Origin: a virus
Lineage: Duplodnaviria; Caudoviricetes
Virus record (IMG/VR): IMGVR_UViG_2617270876_000003
Location: 96,001 to 160,000 of that record
DNA length: 64,000 nucleotides
Direction: 5' to 3' (one strand)
A model generated the notes under the pieces. It ran no database searches. It was not told where the DNA came from and was given only the letters and a program-made list of their open reading frames with translations. Below are positions 59,341 to 64,000 of the stretch, in pieces. How positions within the stretch are numbered: position 1 is the stretch's first letter; every line of letters starts with the position of its first letter. The translations under genes were made by a program, and so were the position numbers.

Positions 59341-60072
59341 ATGAATGAATTACCAACAATCACACTCGCAGCACCCATTCAAAACAGAGATTTTGTTTTA
59401 AATCAGTACCTCGATCATATCTATAAGATTGATTACCCCAAAAATAGGTTAGAATTACTCTTTGTCCTCAACAATTCGTCTGATCATAGTGAAGAAATAT
59501 TAAGAATATTCAAGAAAAAACATAATGATGAATATAAATGTATTACTATTGACACCTACAATCGAGACGTTCCACAAGATACTCGAAAAACAAGTATAAG
59601 AAATGAGTACATCTATCAACATTTGAGTATATTAAAAAATTACATTATGTTTAAAGTAAAGACCGAAAAACTTATGTTTATTGATTCTGATATTTTAGTC
59701 CCTGATAGTGTAATTAATAATCTACTTAAATCTAAAAAAAATATAGTTTCGGGACTAATATATAATGGCTATTTAGTTGACCCAGAACAACCTTATAAGT
59801 ATCCAAACGTGATGAGATTAAATGAGCATAATTGCTATGAACATATTTCAAATAGTTATATACGAAATGCTCCACAACTTAAAGAACAACAATTAATAAA
59901 AGTTGACTTAACAGGTGCAGTATTCATGCTTGATAAACAAGTATATAAGAAAATTAAATTTGGGTATCATCCTCAAGGGGAAGATGCCTATTTTTGTGCA
60001 ATGGCACAGAGAAATGGTTTTGAAATTTGGTGTGACGTTGGCACATTTTGCACTCATGTAATGGAAAAATAA
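59341..60072 (+). CDS. Glycosyltransferase, GT-A fold (GT2-like)
   Basis: APIQNR, NNSSD, FIDSD, TGA and GED motifs. Confidence 0.85.
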   Translation: MNELPTITLAAPIQNRDFVLNQYLDHIYKIDYPKNRLELLFVLNNSSDHSEEILRIFKKKHNDEYKCITIDTYNRDVPQDTRKTSIRNEYIYQHLSILKNYIMFKVKTEKLMFIDSDILVPDSVINNLLKSKKNIVSGLIYNGYLVDPEQPYKYPNVMRLNEHNCYEHISNSYIRNAPQLKEQQLIKVDLTGAVFMLDKQVYKKIKFGYHPQGEDAYFCAMAQRNGFEIWCDVGTFCTHVMEK

Positions 60073-60089
60073 AAATTAGGGAGTTAACT

Positions 60090-61091
60090 ATGAAACAAAA
60101 AACCATATTATATCCATGTACTTTGGATTATTCATTTCTCTTCCAGCGTCCTCAACAAATAATGAGACAGTTTGCGCGTAACGGGTATAGGGTAATCTTC
60201 TGCAATAATACTCAGACAAATGAACCGCCAGAAGAAGTTGAACCGAATCTTTTTGTGTATCATAATTGGCAAGATGTAATTAATAAGATCAAGTACAAAC
60301 AACTAAAAATTGATATTTATTATTATACTTGGGCAAAATCAGCACAGTTTATTGATGATGTCAAAGCGAAGTTGAATATCTATGACAGCGTAGACAGCTT
60401 CCCTAGTTGGTATGAATATGAAGATAACGCGGTTAGTAGTGCCAATATTGTGCTAACATCCAGTCAATTTCTATATGAACTTAGAAGCAAGAATCATAAC
60501 AACGTACATCTTGTTAGAAATGCGTGTCCAGAATCATACATCAACAAAAAATCAATTATTCCAGAAGAATATAAACACATAGATAAACCTATTGTTTTGT
60601 TTTCTGGCGCAATAGGATCATGGGTATCTACACATCTGCTAAAAAAAGTTGCTGATAAGTATGCTGTTGTACTAGTTGGGAAAGAATTCGGGAAGAGTTG
60701 TCCTTCCAACGTCATTAATCTAGGGACAAGGGATCACGAAGAACTGTACAATTATTATGCTCATGCCGATGTATGCCTCCTACCATTCGATACAACTCAA
60801 GAAGTTACGCAAGCAGCATGTGCCATTAAACTATTCGAACATATGGCTGCTGGAAAAATTACTGTTGCTACTGATTGGAATGAAACGAATATCTATCCTG
60901 ACTCTGTATTTACAGGAAAAACAGATGAAGAATTTTTGGAGCAAGTAGATCGAGCTATTCAATTAAGCAGTTCGGATTATCATAAAAATAAGTCATTGGA
61001 ATATGCAAAGCAGAACACTTGGGAAAGTAGATTTAATGATATTGCAGAAATCATTGAGAATTATTATTCCAAGGAAGGTGTTTTTGTTTGA
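60090..61091 (+). CDS. Glycosyltransferase, GT-B fold (GT4-like)
   Basis: FQRPQQI, ADVCLLPF, KLFEHMAAGK and NTWESR motifs. Confidence 0.85.
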   Translation: MKQKTILYPCTLDYSFLFQRPQQIMRQFARNGYRVIFCNNTQTNEPPEEVEPNLFVYHNWQDVINKIKYKQLKIDIYYYTWAKSAQFIDDVKAKLNIYDSVDSFPSWYEYEDNAVSSANIVLTSSQFLYELRSKNHNNVHLVRNACPESYINKKSIIPEEYKHIDKPIVLFSGAIGSWVSTHLLKKVADKYAVVLVGKEFGKSCPSNVINLGTRDHEELYNYYAHADVCLLPFDTTQEVTQAACAIKLFEHMAAGKITVATDWNETNIYPDSVFTGKTDEEFLEQVDRAIQLSSSDYHKNKSLEYAKQNTWESRFNDIAEIIENYYSKEGVFV

Positions 61092-62059
61092 GTGAGAAAC
61101 TAAAAATACTTTTTACAAATAATGCTCCTTTAATTAAGCATGGTATTGCTCAGGGTTTTAAGAATTTGGGATATGATATTTTTATTATGGATAAAAACTA
61201 TCAATTATGGGACAAAAGCAAAGAACGACAAGTTGAAATATTTAAACGGGCTGTCGAAGAATTTCACCCGTCAATTGTGTTTTCAGAATGCTTCGCTAAT
61301 TTTGCAGAAGGTATATTTGAACACACTAAAGAAAAAGGTATATTTCATGTGTTTTTTTCAATAGAAGATACTCCTTACGATCACTGGATAGGTGATTATT
61401 GGTCTGATTATGCAGATCATATTTTCACCACCACTGCTGAATGTCTCCCCAACTATTGGAACAAAGGTAGGCAAGCAGAGTTGATGTTATTTGGCTGCAA
61501 CCCTTCTTTTCACAAGTCAGTAAAAACAGATATTACTAAAGATATTGTTTTGGTCGCCAATAACTATGAACGTAGATTTCAGCAAACAAAGGATTATATT
61601 ATTCCTTTGGTGGAGCAAAATTATAACATCGAGATTTATGGAAATGAATGGTGGACTGATTCATCAAAGGAAGTCAATCTATGTAATTCTAATGCTTACA
61701 AGGGGTATATGGCTTATGAAAATCTTCCCCTCCTCTACTCATCATCAAAAATTGCATTAGGACAAAACTTAGATGGAAATTCAGTTACACAATCCTCTAT
61801 GCGCATGGCGGAAGTTATGGGAATTGGGGGAGCTTTGCTTGTTTCTCCATATACAAAAAGTCAGGAATTTCTATTCAACGATCATATTTATCTTCCTAAA
61901 ACTGGACAAGAAATGATTGACATGGTTGATGAGATATTGAGCATGACAGACAAGCAAAGACAGTTGAAGGCAAAAAAAGCACAAAAATATGTTTACAAAT
62001 ATCACAACTATGATATTAGGGCTAAACAAGTAATTGATGCTTATTATGGTTTGAAATAA
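61088..62059 (+). CDS. CgeB-like glycosyltransferase
   Basis: EDTPY, FGCNP..H, YSSSKIAL, SMRMAEV.G.GG and HNY..RA motifs. Confidence 0.8.
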   Translation: MSEKLKILFTNNAPLIKHGIAQGFKNLGYDIFIMDKNYQLWDKSKERQVEIFKRAVEEFHPSIVFSECFANFAEGIFEHTKEKGIFHVFFSIEDTPYDHWIGDYWSDYADHIFTTTAECLPNYWNKGRQAELMLFGCNPSFHKSVKTDITKDIVLVANNYERRFQQTKDYIIPLVEQNYNIEIYGNEWWTDSSKEVNLCNSNAYKGYMAYENLPLLYSSSKIALGQNLDGNSVTQSSMRMAEVMGIGGALLVSPYTKSQEFLFNDHIYLPKTGQEMIDMVDEILSMTDKQRQLKAKKAQKYVYKYHNYDIRAKQVIDAYYGLK

Positions 62060-62089
62060 AAAAATGATTTAATGGGAGTGAATCGTTTA

Positions 62090-62602
62090 ATGGCAAAAAA
62101 ACTTACTGCGGCAACAATGAATAAAATGATTAAAGAATTGGATAAGAAAAAGAAAATTTATATCCTTGATGATCATGAAGTCAATATTGACATCACCTTT
62201 AAAGATTCTTCAATTAATAGTATCATTGTTGACTATTTAACTATTTTTGAAAAAGTTCAGAAAAAAGAAACCGATGTGACTGAAGATGAACTATTAAAAG
62301 CAATGGATGGAGTTTTAGGTGCTCTTCTTCTCCGTGAGTTTTCAGATGTCCCACTTATTCCAAAAGACATTAGTGATATCAGAAAAATAATTAACATTAC
62401 TAACGCTTTGCTTAACACAAAAATCATGGAAAATATTCTACCTCAATTTGATCCAAAAGAAATCGAGCGAGTAAAAGAGAAGATCGAATTGGCAAGTAAG
62501 AATATTGGACAATTTATGGGTGAGTATGCCGTTAAAATGGCGATTGATGAAAATAAACTTAGCGATAATAAAGAAGAAGTTGAGACTGATGCCACAGTTT
62601 AA
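62090..62602 (+). CDS. Putative tail assembly chaperone
   Basis: Synteny; helical acidic protein. Confidence 0.45.
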   Translation: MAKKLTAATMNKMIKELDKKKKIYILDDHEVNIDITFKDSSINSIIVDYLTIFEKVQKKETDVTEDELLKAMDGVLGALLLREFSDVPLIPKDISDIRKIINITNALLNTKIMENILPQFDPKEIERVKEKIELASKNIGQFMGEYAVKMAIDENKLSDNKEEVETDATV

Positions 62603-63074
62603 TAACTTAAGTGAACTAGAGAAGTATCTTAACACTGGTAAAGGACAACAAACTGTATTTGGTCAAAGAGATGTTCGTAAAGCACTAAATGAAGCTGCTA
62701 AATTACTTGAGAAAATAATGCATGAAGAACTTGAAGCTTATTATGCTTCTTATACTCCAGTTGATGGCGGTTATGAACGTACATATGGATTATTAAATTC
62801 ACTCCGCATATCCCCCATTACTCAAGTTGGAAATGAATTGCATATTAATGTTTATTTTGATCGTGAAAGTGCTACTCATCCATCTATTTTTGGCGGTGAG
62901 GACGGATACGTAGCAAAGTTGATCAATGATGGTTGGAGTTGGTCAAACACTTCAGTTAATATCTATCACCTTTCTCATTATGAAGGGTTTCATTTCGTAG
63001 AAAAGGCGTTGCAGCGCTTCTCTTCTGAAAACAAGTGGGGATTCAGAATCAGTAAGAATAATGTTGCTAAGTAA
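62589..63074 (+). CDS. Putative tail completion protein (HK97 gp10-like)
   Basis: Y.P...YERTYGLLNS motif. Confidence 0.55.
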   Translation: MPQFNNLSELEKYLNTGKGQQTVFGQRDVRKALNEAAKLLEKIMHEELEAYYASYTPVDGGYERTYGLLNSLRISPITQVGNELHINVYFDRESATHPSIFGGEDGYVAKLINDGWSWSNTSVNIYHLSHYEGFHFVEKALQRFSSENKWGFRISKNNVAK

Positions 63075-63128
63075 ATATTGTAAAAGAGTTATTTTATAAG
63101 AAAATCAATAAATAGAAAGTGTGGTTTG

Positions 63129-64000
63129 ATGGCTTCCAAAATTACAAAAGTTAAATATTTCACACCTGAAAAGAAGGCACTTATCTCTCCTGCAAACAAA
63201 AAATTATATGAGAAATACCTTAACAGCAGCATTATTAAAAACAGAGATGTTAAGGAAACTACATATAAAACATATGAAAATTACTTTACTCAATTCCTAG
63301 TCTTTCTTGCTGAAAAGTACGACAATATTGGATTATATAGCGAAGAATTCTTTGAAGATGCGGTAGAGATTATGGAATCTTTTATTTCTTTTTGTCAGGA
63401 GACTTTAAAGAATAATAAGAAAGTAATCAATACGAAAATTTCATCTGTTAGTACTTTCTATCTCTGGAGCATGAAGAGAAAATTAGTTGATAGGCATCCA
63501 TTCGATAAACAGTTGGAACGAATGAAAGGTGCGAGTGAAGAAAAGATCATAAACTCTTATTTCCTTAATGATGAGGAAGTAGAAATTATTAAATATGGAC
63601 TTAATGAAGAAGGCAGCAGATTTGACATTCAAGATAAAATTATATGGGAAGTAATGCTTGAATCTGCCAACCGAATCGGAGCTATCTCCAAACTGACTCT
63701 CTCCTCACTTGATATTGAAAATATGATTTTCACTGATATCCGCGAAAAACGTGGATATAAAGTTGAAGTTGTGTTTGGTGAAGAAGGGCGAGATCTAATC
63801 AAGCAATGGCTTGAGATGCGAAAAGAAATGGATAATTTAGCTGTAGATTCCCTATTTATCACAAAATACAGAAACGAGTATAAACCAATGGATAAGGGAA
63901 CAATTCAAGAACGAATTAAGAAAATCGGAGCAATAATTGGCCTTGATGACTTTCACGCCCACTGTATTCGTAAGACACAACTAAACTCTGTTTACGAGAA
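63129..64000 (+). CDS. Tyrosine recombinase (SPbeta YomM-like), truncated by the window end
   Basis: Manually translated MASKITKVKYFT...; SANRIGAI (R), EKRG (K), FHAHCIRKT (HxxR); absent from the ORF track. Confidence 0.8.
   Translation, partial: MASKITKVKYFTPEKKALISPANKKLYEKYLNSSIIKNRDVKETTYKTYENYFTQFLVFLAEKYDNIGLYSEEFFEDAVEIMESFISFCQETLKNNKKVINTKISSVSTFYLWSMKRKLVDRHPFDKQLERMKGASEEKIINSYFLNDEEVEIIKYGLNEEGSRFDIQDKIIWEVMLESANRIGAISKLTLSSLDIENMIFTDIREKRGYKVEVVFGEEGRDLIKQWLEMRKEMDNLAVDSLFITKYRNEYKPMDKGTIQERIKKIGAIIGLDDFHAHCIRKTQLNSVYE

Noticed and set aside
41082-63862. Minus-strand ORFs within the late region
   Set aside because: Antisense shadows of well-supported structural and enzyme genes
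1-64000. Arbitrium (aimR/aimP), serine integrase, att sites, canonical tRNA or rRNA
   Set aside because: No TPR receptor-peptide pair, serine recombinase motif or complete cloverleaf was recognised in this window

Overview
AT-rich (about 30% GC by eye) 64 kb segment of a large SPbeta-like temperate siphophage or prophage, probably of Paenibacillus or a related Bacillales host (inference). Positions 228-39567 are a minus-strand early/accessory arm: dozens of tiny ORFs, three homing-type endonucleases, a methyltransferase-SNF2 helicase fusion, RecD2 and a YopP-like tyrosine recombinase. From 39763 the plus strand encodes a YonO-like single-subunit RNA polymerase, HU, PhoH, terminase, portal, capsid and tail genes, three glycosyltransferases and a second (YomM-like) tyrosine recombinase that runs off the window. 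The most notable signal is an 18-bp dyad, consensus RTNAAA-N6-TTTNAY, found by eye at about 35 gene junctions of the early arm. It sits between one gene's stop codon and the next gene's RBS, so the arm reads like an integron-style gene-cassette array. One further copy lies just upstream of the second recombinase. A separate ~21-bp repeat (SPBRE-like) marks the early promoters. All family assignments come from motif recognition and synteny, not database searches.
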